From: Savitreella phatthalungensis
Lineage: Eukaryota
DNA length: 64,000 nucleotides
Assembly (NCBI GenBank): GCA_051599415.1
Contig: AP039712.1
Coordinates: 62,001-126,000, forward strand
Direction of reading: 5' to 3'
This document shows positions 47,061-58,711 of the stretch, one piece after another. The translations under genes and the position numbers were made by a program. The notes below the pieces were generated by a model. The model searched no databases and had not been told where the DNA came from. It saw nothing but the letters and a program-made list of their open reading frames with translations. Position 1 is the first letter of the stretch; every line of letters starts with the position of its first letter.

Positions 47061-47237
47061 ATGGGTTTGATTGATTACGTGACTGCACCATTCGAGTTTG
47101 CCGCTGGACTCTGGGGATTGATTAGGGATCCCGAGATGCGGTACAGTGTTGAGGTTTTTGCCAACGCGACAGATCCCAAGAAGCTCATGAAGGACCCGGC
47201 GTACCAGAAGGTCAACCTTAGCAACACCTACAACTAG
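47061..47237 (+). CDS. Putative 58-aa microprotein
   Basis: MGLIDYVTAPFEFAAGLWGLIRDPEMRYSVEVFANATDPKKLMKDPAYQKVNLSNTYN*; TATATA at 46974 and an A/C-rich leader. Confidence 0.5.
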   Translation: MGLIDYVTAPFEFAAGLWGLIRDPEMRYSVEVFANATDPKKLMKDPAYQKVNLSNTYN

Positions 47238-47517
47238 CGACTGCCACACGACAACCTCTCACGCCTGAAGGTTATAGACACTTGCGCTCGCGCCCGCGCT
47301 TCACCTAACGAAACACCTTTACATTCATACACCCATTCAATCAACCAGCCGGCCAGCCAAGCTACCGCCCCTCATCATGAAATGCATTAGACGATTAATC
47401 CAATCACACATCACTCAATCACAAAAAAGAGCATTGTCCTACGAGGAGCGCAGGACGTGGTCATGTTCATTCCGTGATACTTGTATACTGGTTGGGGTCG
47501 TGAAAAAGTTTTTGGGA

Positions 47518-50500
47518 TTATCGCCGCTTCGACTTGACAAAGATTGAGCTCTCTGGCTTGCGCTTCTTGATTTGCTGCGGTGGCGGCGCGGGCTGTTGTG
47601 TCGCTGGTGTCGATGTTGCTGGTTTGCTGTTCGGGAGAGGTTGTGAATGTGGCTCTGACTTGGTGACGATCCTCGGTTTGTCGCGCGTGGACGCAAAGAT
47701 GGACGATGATGGAGGCTTCTTCTGTATTTGCTCCCGCTCCGTCGTTGACTTCTTCTCACTTGCCTGTGTCGTCGACGTCCGGGTGACTGCTGCGGCGATC
47801 TCTTGCGCTTGCTTGGTTTCCGCCTTTTGTAGAGCCACGTCTGCGTCTTCCGGCACTTCGCCTTCAGAGACCTCACCGTCACTCAAATCTCCGACTTTGG
47901 TGATCTTGTCACTCGCGCCGTTAGTCCGCGGGATACGGGCTTCGCCATTCGCGTTGCGGCGCGATTGTCGAAGAGCTTTGACGTCGACGCGCTCAAGACA
48001 ATTGCGTTTTCTTGCATCGTCCACAAGCGACTTCCACACTTTTGACTTGCGAAGCGTGTCTGCATGGCCGATGATGAAGAGGGAAGCTTTGGCTCTTGTG
48101 AGAGCGACGTTCATTCTCCGTTTGTCTTGGAGGAAACCGACGTGTGAACCACCTGCTCTCACTGTCGTCAGAATGATGATGTCCTTCTCCTGGCCCTGGA
48201 ATCCGTCGATGGTGTTGAAGTCGATGGCGTTGAAGATCGAGCCACCGTACCTGTTTCGGAAGAGTTTGCGCAGTAGGTTGTGCTGCTCCTTGTAGGGTGT
48301 CACCACACCGATCTTCCCGTCAAAGTCCACGTCAAAGTAATCCTGCCGCAATCTGTCGATCAGGGCCATCACAGCATCAGCCTCCACGGGATTCCGAATC
48401 GACGTGCCACTCGCTTCTTCTCGGGACGACGCCACGTCGAACAACCGGTACGTCCCGTAAGCCTGGTGCCAAGGTCGCTTGTTGTCCAGGTCAACTGCTG
48501 GTCCATCTTTGAGCTCGCCGCCGTAGAACTCCCTGGACGGGAAGGCGGAGATGGTCGAGTGCATACGGTACTGGATCGCGAGCAGGTGGACGGCCTTTGG
48601 ATTGTTGCGCTGCATCCGCACAAATAACGACTCGTTGTATTTGAACTCGACCGCGTCTGTAGACAGGACTGTCGGTGGCAGCTGCAGGGGGTCACCCACC
48701 ATCACACACCGCGTGCATCCGTACTTGAGCGGAATCAGCGCGTTCAACTCTGTCGTCTGACAGGCCTCGTCGATGATGACTGTGTCAAAGTCGACCTTGA
48801 TGTTGGTCATCAGCTCGTGTCCCGAGCCTGAAAGGGTGGCGCAGATCACATCTGCGTCTCCAAGGATCTGCGCCCGTAGACGCGATCTCTCGATATCTCG
48901 AGCGCGTGCACGCTGAGACTGCTTGTCACGCAGCGAGTCCAATTGTTCACCGAGCTTCGATTTCTCCGTGTTGAGAGCACGAATCTCGTTCTCGATAGTG
49001 GACACCTCCGCAGCCTTGTCCTCGCGAGCGACATCGAGTCTCGCGCGTGCGAGCTCCCGACGTCGGAGTACATCGTTCAGCTTCTCTCGCAGTACAGCAG
49101 GGTCTTGATTCTCCCCCTCAGCTTTCCCTGACAGCGCAGCAGCAGCCTTGGCCAACATCTCATCCAATTTCACATCCAGCGTCACATCCCGCACATTCAC
49201 GTTGATCGAGTCTGACATACCCATGCGCACGATGTTTGGAACATGGTGATCTCCATGACGATCGAAGACGCCAAGTTTTAGTCGGAGGACGATTTCATCC
49301 ACGGCAGCGTTTGATGGAGCGCATAAGAGTACTTTGGCCTTTTGTCGAGTGTCTGAGGACCCTTGTCGCTGACCTGGCAGTGTCACAGTCTGGTGACCTT
49401 TCCCTGAATTGGAGAGGAGAGCGCCGACCATGCCTAGAATCGTCTTCGTCTTGCCTGTTCCTGGAGGTCCCTGGATGAGGGTGAAGCCGCCTTGGGAGTT
49501 GAGCGCTGCAGCGATCGCTCTGGCCTGCGGGTCGTTCACGCGGAACGCCTTACAGAGTGACTCGATCTCGGAAGCGGTGCTTCCTGGAGACCTGCTCGGT
49601 CGGCCATTCACGACTTGGTCGCATAGGTCGTAGTACGGTAGAGCTTTCAGGGTGGCGTACTCGCGCTGAATCGGCGTCAGGGAAAGCAGTTTTGCAACTC
49701 TCAGCTCGACGGCAGGTCGAAGGTATCTGACCATCGCGCCGTTCGGCACTGTCCGCAGTGAGACCTCGTAAAGCTCCTTCTTCTTGCTCACTTGCTGGAC
49801 GCGAGCGAAGCAGCACGACTCCCCGCCCCACAGCAGGAGAATGTCCGGCTCGCTGAGCAAATGTTTTTGCCAGTCTGACTGCTGCATCGTCACGTACAGG
49901 TCGACGAAGCGATCGACGGCCGACCGCGTCTGCACAACCATCGTGAATTTGGACGACTCGACCACGGCGTCGCGCTGCGCCGAGATGTGTTCCCAGCACT
50001 CGAGTAAAAACAACGGCTCTATAACCTTGACGTACTGGTCGACCGTCTGGTAGGACTCCGCGAGGGTCTGGTAGATCGCGTCAGGCTCGCCGGGCGGACG
50101 CTTACCCTCATGCACCGGGTCCCAAGACAGGATGCGTGAGTACAGGCTTGTGAGATCTGGAGAGGTACGAGCACGTAATGTCTGTTCGAGACGCTTTCGG
50201 TGGGCCTGAGGATCGAACGCCTTGACGACTGGGGTGTCGATACGGCGGATCGTTCTCTTGACCGTCGTTGTCTTCTTCGAGGTCGATTTGCTTTTAAAGA
50301 GTCCTTCTTCATCGGATGATGAGTCGGATGATGAATCTGATTCGACTGTCTCGACATGTCCCGCAGAGGCATCCTTTGTGCGCAGGAAAGCTGGCAATGC
50401 CGCTCGGTTCTTGAGATACTCTTGCCGTTGAACTTTGAGTGATGGCAATGGGGACGTTGTACGAGAAGGCACGCCCAGCTTTGTAGCGAGCTTTGGGACG

Positions 50501-52926
50501 AGCGACGTAGCAGCTGATTGTGTTCGTGCAGGCTGTGCGACAGCGGCTGGGGCAGGATGGATTGGCTCGATGATCTGAACATCATCGTCATCGGTGACCC
50601 CGTGCTCGAGCAGAGCAAGTTGCAGTTCAGTCCTCTGCGACGGACGAACGTTGTTCTTCTTTTTCCGGGAGTTCTCCATAACACGCTGTATGAGGAGAAT
50701 AGTCTCCTGGGGAAGAGCAACCTTTGCATTTGCAAGCTTGAGGATCATGTCTTTGACGAGGTTGACGCAGGAGTTAAGCAGATTGTCGTCATTCAAGCGT
50801 AGCCAGGTCGTCAGAGCTTTCACAGGTCGAAGGCACTCCACAAGGAGTGATGTCCCGGTGCGTGACTCGAATAAATCGACCTGTGCAAGGAGCAAGTTGC
50901 TGCACTCCAGCACGTCGCGCATGAACTCGACAAGCTCGTCGCGGTCAAACTTTTCACTAAAGGGAAGTGCTTCTGCATAAGCGATTTCCAGCATGCGCCA
51001 GAATGCTCGCCACAAATCGCTAAGCCCTTCTGAGGAGGTCGTTGCGACGTGAGGTAGAAGATCCAGCACGTTAGTAGAGGTTCTAACAACCCTTGTGGCG
51101 CTCTTGAAGATGACCGCGTCAGACCAGAGGGTGAGCACATTTGTAAGACCAAGCACCGTTCCTCCAAAGTCGAACTCAAGACTACCCTTGAGGGCATCGA
51201 TCCTGTCGTCGGCGGAATGTGCCTCTTTAAGTAAAGCGAGGGCCTCTTGATAGGTCTCCTGGTTAGGCGACACAAGACATTCGATCAGTGCTGCGTGCGT
51301 CGGTCTGCTGGAGATGAACTGGCGGATCTGTGTGCTGGCCCAGATGCCACCGACATCGCGCAAAATGGCGTTGAAGGCAGAAAATGCGGCATTCAAGCTT
51401 CGATTGAAGTCCATCGCAAGGTCCTTGTGCTGGGTCGTGCCGGTGATGTCGATCGTGTCGACCAACGGCAGAGTCCTTCCGACGATCTCCACAACAGACT
51501 GCAGGTCCGCAAGCGGCGTCAGGCTCGAGTTCAGCCTTGCCCATATCTTGCCAGGCGAGACGATCCCAGAGGGAGCGACGCCTGTAGAGAGCTCAAGATA
51601 ATGAGTCCAGAGCAGCCTGCAATCGAGTGTGATGATGGATCGAAGTCCTTCGGAGTCGCCTGCAAGGCTGAAATCATCATACAGACGACGAAATTCAAGG
51701 ACGTTTGGATCGGTAAGTTTCGGGACAAGTGAGTGGAGAATGGAGCTGATGGCTGCTTCGGCTGCTCGCTGGGATCTGCCTGGGAGCTCTTGGTCGACTC
51801 GCTGCTTGTGAAGCCACTCTAGCATGAATCGGGCAACAGTGAGGGTGATACCAACCTGACTCTTGATGTAAGGCGCGATCCAGGCGTAGCATGCGTCTGC
51901 ATCGTGCAGCTCGGGGTGGAGTAGCATGTCGCGGAAGCGCGACTTGCTCACAATGCTCCTGCCAAAGTCGACAGCATTCACTGGTGATGAGTTCCATACG
52001 CCTGGGACCAAGAGGTATTGAAGTGCTGGAGTGACGAGGTCCGTACGGGAGTTGAACACCAGGTCCATCAGATTCGTGTCGAGCTTGTGGGTGAGCTCAA
52101 CCATGCGAGGCGTGTATCTCGCTGCCAATGTGATGCCGCGCCAAAATGACTCTGGAGATAGGGTGCCTGCAATGAGTTCGTCGGCTGCATGCTTGACCTG
52201 TGGTGCTCCAACAGCAAGATACAATTCCGGGCTTATCTTGAGCTTGTCACGATTCTCGTACTTGTCGAAGCACTTGCTCGTCCAGTCGCGCAGGTCATGA
52301 TGGGATGAAAAGCACAGAGAATACATGCCGGGGACGATTTCTCGGGGCACTCTGAGGTGCTTGCCTGCAGACTGCACGCCGCGAAAGACCTGATAGAACA
52401 GCCCTGCGAGTTCGTCTCTCAAAAGCTGTGGAGCCCATAAGACCTCGAATAGGGCGCACACAGAGTCTGAGGCTTGACCTGGCCCATCCTTGGCGGACAG
52501 GTCAGCGCCAGTGCCGATCACCTTTCTAAAGACATTTGAGAGCCTGTTGAGATCCCAGTCGGCGACCCTGCTGAGCACGTGTGCTTGCCGATCGTGGTCG
52601 TAGCCGTGAAGAGACAAAGTGCTTCTGAACTCGTCTCGGACCGTAGTCTGGTAGTGCTGACAGCACAGATGGCAGCGTTGTAGATCTGCCATGGCCCTCT
52701 GTTTGAAGAGAATGACAGCCTCGAGCGCTTCGCCAAAGTCGAAGACGCCCATGGCCATCCCAGCCACGTCACGGATATCTGCTTGACAGAAGAGATGCAG
52801 ATTCTGTGGAAGCTCTCGGACGACGAGTGCACATCTCGTCAATGTGGATGAGTAGAGTCTGTCGTCCTCTGGCTCGCGTCGCCATTCGTCCATGGCTGCC
52901 CTGGCTTTCCGCACGGTGGCGTCCAT
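47518..52926 (-). CDS. SEN1: Sen1/senataxin SF1 RNA/DNA helicase
   Basis: Sen1 N-terminal domain; LIQGPPGTGKT, CAPSNAAVDE, IIDEACQ, VGDPLQLPP, QYRMH, TIDGFQGQEKD, RRMNVALTRAK. Confidence 0.96.
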   Translation of the reverse strand: MDATVRKARAAMDEWRREPEDDRLYSSTLTRCALVVRELPQNLHLFCQADIRDVAGMAMGVFDFGEALEAVILFKQRAMADLQRCHLCCQHYQTTVRDEFRSTLSLHGYDHDRQAHVLSRVADWDLNRLSNVFRKVIGTGADLSAKDGPGQASDSVCALFEVLWAPQLLRDELAGLFYQVFRGVQSAGKHLRVPREIVPGMYSLCFSSHHDLRDWTSKCFDKYENRDKLKISPELYLAVGAPQVKHAADELIAGTLSPESFWRGITLAARYTPRMVELTHKLDTNLMDLVFNSRTDLVTPALQYLLVPGVWNSSPVNAVDFGRSIVSKSRFRDMLLHPELHDADACYAWIAPYIKSQVGITLTVARFMLEWLHKQRVDQELPGRSQRAAEAAISSILHSLVPKLTDPNVLEFRRLYDDFSLAGDSEGLRSIITLDCRLLWTHYLELSTGVAPSGIVSPGKIWARLNSSLTPLADLQSVVEIVGRTLPLVDTIDITGTTQHKDLAMDFNRSLNAAFSAFNAILRDVGGIWASTQIRQFISSRPTHAALIECLVSPNQETYQEALALLKEAHSADDRIDALKGSLEFDFGGTVLGLTNVLTLWSDAVIFKSATRVVRTSTNVLDLLPHVATTSSEGLSDLWRAFWRMLEIAYAEALPFSEKFDRDELVEFMRDVLECSNLLLAQVDLFESRTGTSLLVECLRPVKALTTWLRLNDDNLLNSCVNLVKDMILKLANAKVALPQETILLIQRVMENSRKKKNNVRPSQRTELQLALLEHGVTDDDDVQIIEPIHPAPAAVAQPARTQSAATSLVPKLATKLGVPSRTTSPLPSLKVQRQEYLKNRAALPAFLRTKDASAGHVETVESDSSSDSSSDEEGLFKSKSTSKKTTTVKRTIRRIDTPVVKAFDPQAHRKRLEQTLRARTSPDLTSLYSRILSWDPVHEGKRPPGEPDAIYQTLAESYQTVDQYVKVIEPLFLLECWEHISAQRDAVVESSKFTMVVQTRSAVDRFVDLYVTMQQSDWQKHLLSEPDILLLWGGESCCFARVQQVSKKKELYEVSLRTVPNGAMVRYLRPAVELRVAKLLSLTPIQREYATLKALPYYDLCDQVVNGRPSRSPGSTASEIESLCKAFRVNDPQARAIAAALNSQGGFTLIQGPPGTGKTKTILGMVGALLSNSGKGHQTVTLPGQRQGSSDTRQKAKVLLCAPSNAAVDEIVLRLKLGVFDRHGDHHVPNIVRMGMSDSINVNVRDVTLDVKLDEMLAKAAAALSGKAEGENQDPAVLREKLNDVLRRRELARARLDVAREDKAAEVSTIENEIRALNTEKSKLGEQLDSLRDKQSQRARARDIERSRLRAQILGDADVICATLSGSGHELMTNIKVDFDTVIIDEACQTTELNALIPLKYGCTRCVMVGDPLQLPPTVLSTDAVEFKYNESLFVRMQRNNPKAVHLLAIQYRMHSTISAFPSREFYGGELKDGPAVDLDNKRPWHQAYGTYRLFDVASSREEASGTSIRNPVEADAVMALIDRLRQDYFDVDFDGKIGVVTPYKEQHNLLRKLFRNRYGGSIFNAIDFNTIDGFQGQEKDIIILTTVRAGGSHVGFLQDKRRMNVALTRAKASLFIIGHADTLRKSKVWKSLVDDARKRNCLERVDVKALRQSRRNANGEARIPRTNGASDKITKVGDLSDGEVSEGEVPEDADVALQKAETKQAQEIAAAVTRTSTTQASEKKSTTEREQIQKKPPSSSIFASTRDKPRIVTKSEPHSQPLPNSKPATSTPATQQPAPPPQQIKKRKPESSIFVKSKRR

Positions 52927-54736
52927 GATGTGCAATATTAGTGGATGAATGTGTAGGCTGTCCTGCCACGGCTACGATGATCTCTAAGCCGCAGGACAGG
53001 TCACTCTATGGGTGTAATAGCATGTATGGAGCAGGAAAAGGGGAGAAACGCTGTGGTAAAACGAAGCGAGTGTAAGAGAAAATGAGAGAGGAAAATGCGA
53101 GGATGAAGTGAGCGAGAGACAGACGACCAGATTCCAAGTTCAAGGTTGGTAGATGTCACGTTGCTCGGATCTGTGAGCACACCAGAGAGTGAGAAAAGGG
53201 CCCAGACAGAGCGCGCGTCACCAGGAGCTGCTAAAAGACTCTCGTGATGAAGTGCAGACAAATTCGTGCCTGTGAAGCGTGAGGTCAAGGTCAGAGCTTG
53301 ACGTGACTTGATCTTGACCGTCACGACGTCTGCAGCGTAGGAGACGTAGCTTGAATTTGTCCTCCACCACTAGATGGATATGTACCTTATACGCGTGACC
53401 TCAGGAGTATGAGTATATATCCGTCATTTAAACCCGTGCTCGTAGTCGTGCATCCATATCCACACGAGTAGGTTGATCGAATTTCAGTTAATCGTGCATC
53501 TGAGGACGATTCGGGAGATTGAATGAATTCGTGTATTCAGACATACAATGACAGTCAATCACACAATCACTTCACATGCTGTACACACGTGAGCTATCCT
53601 TGGGAGTGTCCATATGGATGATGCCGTCGCTAGAGTGGCTCAGTCATATTTATACAGTACTATATATACAGTACTACTTATAGCAAAGAACGAGTCTTGC
53701 AATACGTGAATGTTCCTCTGCCGGATTGCTACAGAGCTATAGTGAATCGTGATCTTCCAACATGAAACTGCTCTGCCTGTATGAAGATGTATGTACAGCA
53801 TTGTAGATAAATACACGCATGTATACTGTCTGTTGCAATACAAGCAGATGGATATTCCTCAAGGCTTGACAAGCACTATTTCGTCATTTTGCAGCAAATG
53901 GTCAAACAAGCGAGGATGCACGCGCGTTTCAGAACGTTTCACCTTTAGATCTGACAATCCATCCGTCTGAACCCTACTGGGTCATATCTGGCTTCCAGTC
54001 GTCATAGAGACTGATAGATTGATTGATCAGAGATTTGGCACACTCATCATCATTGCACGATCACCCATGCACAGTATGGGGGTAGAGTGCAACTCGAGCA
54101 ATGGTTTCACTTTTGGTGCTTCGGGTAGACGGAGTATTTATTACCTTGTGAAAGCAGCTGAATTTAAAGAGATAGAATATTGAGTGAAATTGACAGTGAT
54201 GATTGAGTCTGTGCCCGTGCAAGCTTTAGCGGGATGATTGAGATTGATCTCAAACAAGAATTTGAGTTTGTATTTGATCTTGCAGTCCACAACTCGTATT
54301 TCGTCATTTGATCACGAAACAAGTATGACGTAGTTTCTTGACAGAGTGACGAAAGCCAGCCCCCGCTATGTGATCTTCCAAGACCTTCTTTACTCTAGCC
54401 AATAATCATCTCAGAATTTGCGTTTCACCTACATCATTCCAACCTTCTCCAGACTCCTCCTCCAACAAGCCACCGAACCATCGAGCCACCGACGCTGTAT
54501 CACGAGCACTCCCGTTTACCCTGATGGAAACGCCTAGATACTCAATTGGCGACTGGCAATCTGCCACGGATACAGGTTCAATCGTCAGTGGTGGAGAGAA
54601 TCCAAGTCTGCGCTTCTCTGCCGGTGGAGTGGGAGATAGATTGTGTTGTCGCAAGTATATAAACCCACGTTACCCACTTACACGTCACTCTTCATCTATA
54701 CCAAACACCAATAGACCAACCCTAAAACACTCAATC

Positions 54737-55057
54737 ATGTCTACTTCAAACACCAACGCCGCTGGCCAGACCAAGCCATTGACCGAGCAGGTCTCTGAGG
54801 CTGCCTCGAACGCCTACAACTCTGTCGCTGAGACTGTCTCCAACGTCCTCGGCTCAGACACCGGACGTGAGTCTTTCGGTGACAAGGCAGAGCGCAAGCT
54901 CAAGCCAGAGTCCGAGAAGGGCATCGGAGAGAAGATCTCTGACACTGCCTCGTCTGCATACGACACTGCAGCCAAGAACCTCACGCCAGAGTCACAGAAG
55001 TCCACCTCCCAGAAGATCTCTGACAAGGCTTCTGACGTCAAGAACGACCTCAAGTAA
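54737..55057 (+). CDS. HSP12: Hsp12/Hsp9-like stress hydrophilin with N-terminal extension
   Basis: SDTGRESFGDKAERKLKPESEK...LTPESQKS matches the Hsp12 pattern (SDAGRKGFGEKASEALKPDSQKS); TATATAA at about 54656. Confidence 0.8.
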   Translation: MSTSNTNAAGQTKPLTEQVSEAASNAYNSVAETVSNVLGSDTGRESFGDKAERKLKPESEKGIGEKISDTASSAYDTAAKNLTPESQKSTSQKISDKASDVKNDLK

Positions 55058-56463
55058 ACGTCAGGTCTTTCTCTCTACGACGATTGCCTCTTAGTGGGTG
55101 ACCACCATCCACTATGACAGCGACGACGATGACGACGACGACAATATCAATACAGAAAATCAACGGATTATAACGACGAGGTCTCTATCTTACTATTACT
55201 ACAACAACGGGTGAGCCAAGTCTCAAGTCATCATCACTATCGGATCAAAGGTAGATTCAAGGATGATCGACATCAAAGAAGAAAATACCATTGCAAAGGC
55301 GGTACAACCCGTCTAGTAATCTATGCATCGTCTTCAACTCAACCGTCTGTGCGTGTTTGGTCTGGTCGTGTTCCCCTGCCCGGTCATCAGCCTTGTCGTG
55401 GTTTCAAGTGGTGTCTTGTCATGATGATTTCGTGACTAGGTTACGTGCAAACTGTGTGCATCGTCATACTGGGTTGCTGCTTTATCTCCATAGAGACCGG
55501 GGTTCCGTGGTGAGAGCATGAGCCATTGCTGCAATGATTGAGCACCTCAGAAACCTGGAAGAGATGCTTCGATCAGCTCGCTAGCGTTCAGCAGGATCAA
55601 GAACTACAGCTACCGTATGCTTTAGGATTGACCGATGCAGCTGCTGTGTTCGAAGGAGAACCACAATCACATAAAAGCCTATCATCAAAGGTCTGCCGTG
55701 CGTCTAGACCGCGTACGAAGAAAGCGTTCCTCATAGTCAGATCGAACGGAGTCCTCATGGACATTTTGGATTGGATGGACTTGCTGTAAAGATATCACAC
55801 AGGGTCAGACATGATTTGCAAATTGACGTAGAGCAATGTAGAGCGTCACCGCGTTGAGTCAAGTCAGACTGTCATCCGTGATGATGAGAGATAGGATCGA
55901 AAGTAATTCGAGTTTGGCGCGAGCTAAAAAGACACCAGCATCCCCTAGATAGCCGGAGATCCGTCAACACATACCCAGGATGCGATCTTCCGACGTATAC
56001 ACGGCAGCTATGGTATATAACCATATCATCTGCCCTCGATCTTACAAATGCCTCTTTGTACGTATTGGCGGCAAGTCCGGGAGCTCACATCTTCTCACTA
56101 AAGGTTTGGCGCATCATCAAGATGCATCCAGATTGCACTGTCTTGGCACACCTTTGTGAGCATCACGATCGCTTAAATTGTTCTTGCCTAGAAGCTCGCC
56201 ACCCCAACAAGAGCACATATGCTGAGAGAGACTCGATCGTGCATCTTTGATTGTTCAAGCACGTGCGTGATTTGAAAGCGGCGATCACGGAATTGATTTC
56301 GACTTCGAATTCCTCCCCCACACTTCCGACTCGCTCTCTGTACGACGTCACCTCAATCGCCGCTCCCTCATACCCTCCTCTCACACACGTCACCGTCAGA
56401 ATTCCACTCCTTAAGAGCGAGGTATATGCATTGGCACGAGGCCATCACAGACTGAAAGTCATC

Positions 56464-57240
56464 ATGCCCGAGATTCACCTTCTGACCGCTGGAACGCCGA
56501 ACGGGCACAAGATCTCGATCCTGCTCGAAGAGCTCGGTCTGAAGTACCGCACGACGGCGATCTCATTCGAGAAGAAGGACCAGAAGACGGCATCGTTCCT
56601 GGCCATCAACCCGAACGGTCGTATTCCTGCGATTGAGGATGTCGGTGCTGGTGCAGATGGGTCGAACGTGCCAGTGTTTGAGAGTGGTGCGATCATGCTG
56701 TACCTGTGTGGGAAGTATGACCCTGACCACAAGGTCTCTTTCCCCCACGACTCTCCCGAGTACTGGGAGGTCGTTCAGTGGCTTTTCTTCATGAACGCCG
56801 GCCTAGGTCCCATGCAGGGCCAGGCCAACCACTTCCACAGGTACGCGCCAGAGAAGATCCCCTACGCGATCGACCGGTACCAGTCGGAGACCCGGCGGCT
56901 GTACAGCGTGCTGGACGGTCGGCTTGGAGTCCAGTCGAGTGGCTGGCTTGTTGGAGACCGGTACTCGATTGCAGATATGGCAAACTTCTGCTGGGTCAAT
57001 ATGGGATTCTGGGCAGGCGTCGACCCGACCCCGGAAGAGTTCCCACACCTGTGCAAGTGGGTCGAGCGGATCGAGGAAAGGCAGGCGACGAAGAAGGGAC
57101 TTGACGTCCCCACACCCTTCACCCTCAAGCAGAAGTACCGCGACAACCCGCAGTCCGTCGAGGACCACGCAAAGCAGGCATCCAAGTGGATCCTCCAGGG
57201 ACAAAAGGACGACCAGGACAAGATTAAGAGCAAGGCATAA
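56464..57240 (+). CDS. Glutathione S-transferase, Ure2p/YfcG-like class
   Basis: TPNGHKISILLEELGL, INPNGRIPAI, FESGAI, GPMQGQANHF, ETRRLYSVLD, YSIADMA. Confidence 0.95.
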   Translation: MPEIHLLTAGTPNGHKISILLEELGLKYRTTAISFEKKDQKTASFLAINPNGRIPAIEDVGAGADGSNVPVFESGAIMLYLCGKYDPDHKVSFPHDSPEYWEVVQWLFFMNAGLGPMQGQANHFHRYAPEKIPYAIDRYQSETRRLYSVLDGRLGVQSSGWLVGDRYSIADMANFCWVNMGFWAGVDPTPEEFPHLCKWVERIEERQATKKGLDVPTPFTLKQKYRDNPQSVEDHAKQASKWILQGQKDDQDKIKSKA

Positions 57241-57313
57241 TCATTTTCTGTCCTATCCAGTCCAAATTCCATTCATTATATGATCACTCGTGTATCTCGT
57301 TTCAATGTCGTCT

Positions 57314-58711
57314 CTAATTGTCGGATGTTATTGCTGCTGTGTGGCTGAGAATGGCGTCTGCGACGCGCTCGCCTGACCAGACGCATCCCTCTAGGAGTGG
57401 GATTCCCGGAACGAGGTAGCTGCCTGCGTGATGAATCCTGTTGTGTTTGTGTGGTGTTGGTGGGATGATTGGGTGGTTGACGTCGTGCCTGGCCCTTACG
57501 AAATCCGACCTCGACAGCCATGACGGTTCTCCCTCCGGGAACCACGTGTCGACGTACGCCGTCGGCAACGTCGTCTGCACCAGCATCTCCCCATCCGCCT
57601 CGTGCAGCACGTGAGACGCCACAGCGTAACCCTCCCCCCTATCCGCCGACACCGCAGACACCAAGTTGATCTCACGACGATCGTCACCCCACCCACTAAA
57701 AAACCGACCACCAGATCTCCCGACAACGTGCGTCACCACAGATGTCATACACGTCGGCACGCGATCCGGTGGTGGGAATGCGAGCACCACATGATCGAAC
57801 GTCTGCTTGTGTGCGTGGTCTGGATCTGTGTCTGGGTTTCTGGTGTACTGGAGTGTGACGACCTCGTCGTCAGTGAGGGGGACGTGAACGTTTGTGTTGA
57901 GGTGTATGCGGTCTGCTGCTGCTGCAAGCCTCTTGACTAAGGCTGCTACGTCGGTGGTGCAGTGTGGTCTGAAAGCGGTGCGTGCGCGGTACGCGAGCAG
58001 TTCGGACGCTGGGTACTGTGCTAGCTGTGAGGTCGTGCAGGTACAGACTGCCGCCAGCGTCGGATCCAGGAACTTGTGTCTGAATACCCCAGGAACCCCT
58101 ACACGACGACACAGCCGCTCGTGAGACATCCCCTCCCCGACACCAAACCACGTCACAACGGACGACACCACCAGGTACACCACAAAGCCCCAAACCACAG
58201 CCACACCCTCCCACCACCCCATCCGCAAATCAAAGCCACCAAGACCACCACCCCCACCGTACGTCGCGTACACCCCACCTTCCTCAGTGTCGCTTGATGA
58301 CACGTCGCCGGTGGATTTCGGGGTGGTGGAAGGCGCGGTTGCGAAGGCGTAGGTGTAGGGACGATTGGTGGACTGTATGCCTACGTCGTGGAGGAGTTTG
58401 ATGAGTTTGGTGTAGTATCCTGCTGCGAGAGACCGCATTGGAACGTCGACGACGATGTCGTCTGGGCGTGGTGCTAGGGGTTGTGCGGATGTCGGCCTGG
58501 GCCCGTGGACGAGGGTGTAGGAAGTGTTTTGGTGGTGGCGGATTTTGAGCGATTGGGAGTCCATGCCGGTGCATCCCTCGCGCTCAAACAGCGTGACGTG
58601 GATCGGAGGACCAGAGGCGGGGCACCGCGTCTTTAGGAAGTGTACAGTCGCTAACCCAGCCAAGCCGCTACCGACCACAGCCACGCGCACCGGCACCACA
58701 TCCCCAGACAT
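57314..58711 (-). CDS. FAD/NAD(P)-binding oxidoreductase (amine-oxidase-like, uncharacterised)
   Basis: RVAVVGSGLAGL, VTLFERE, VDVPMRS, C-terminal AGSY..GIPLLEGCVWSG. Confidence 0.85.
   Translation of the reverse strand: MSGDVVPVRVAVVGSGLAGLATVHFLKTRCPASGPPIHVTLFEREGCTGMDSQSLKIRHHQNTSYTLVHGPRPTSAQPLAPRPDDIVVDVPMRSLAAGYYTKLIKLLHDVGIQSTNRPYTYAFATAPSTTPKSTGDVSSSDTEEGGVYATYGGGGGLGGFDLRMGWWEGVAVVWGFVVYLVVSSVVTWFGVGEGMSHERLCRRVGVPGVFRHKFLDPTLAAVCTCTTSQLAQYPASELLAYRARTAFRPHCTTDVAALVKRLAAAADRIHLNTNVHVPLTDDEVVTLQYTRNPDTDPDHAHKQTFDHVVLAFPPPDRVPTCMTSVVTHVVGRSGGRFFSGWGDDRREINLVSAVSADRGEGYAVASHVLHEADGEMLVQTTLPTAYVDTWFPEGEPSWLSRSDFVRARHDVNHPIIPPTPHKHNRIHHAGSYLVPGIPLLEGCVWSGERVADAILSHTAAITSDN

Noticed and set aside
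56012..56463. Possible tiny spliced ORF after the TATA at about 56015, and a 71-codon TTG-initiated extension of the GST
   Set aside because: Weak branch points, an implausibly short second intron and no recognisable product. A TATA-like sequence at about 56423 argues for the ATG at 56464.
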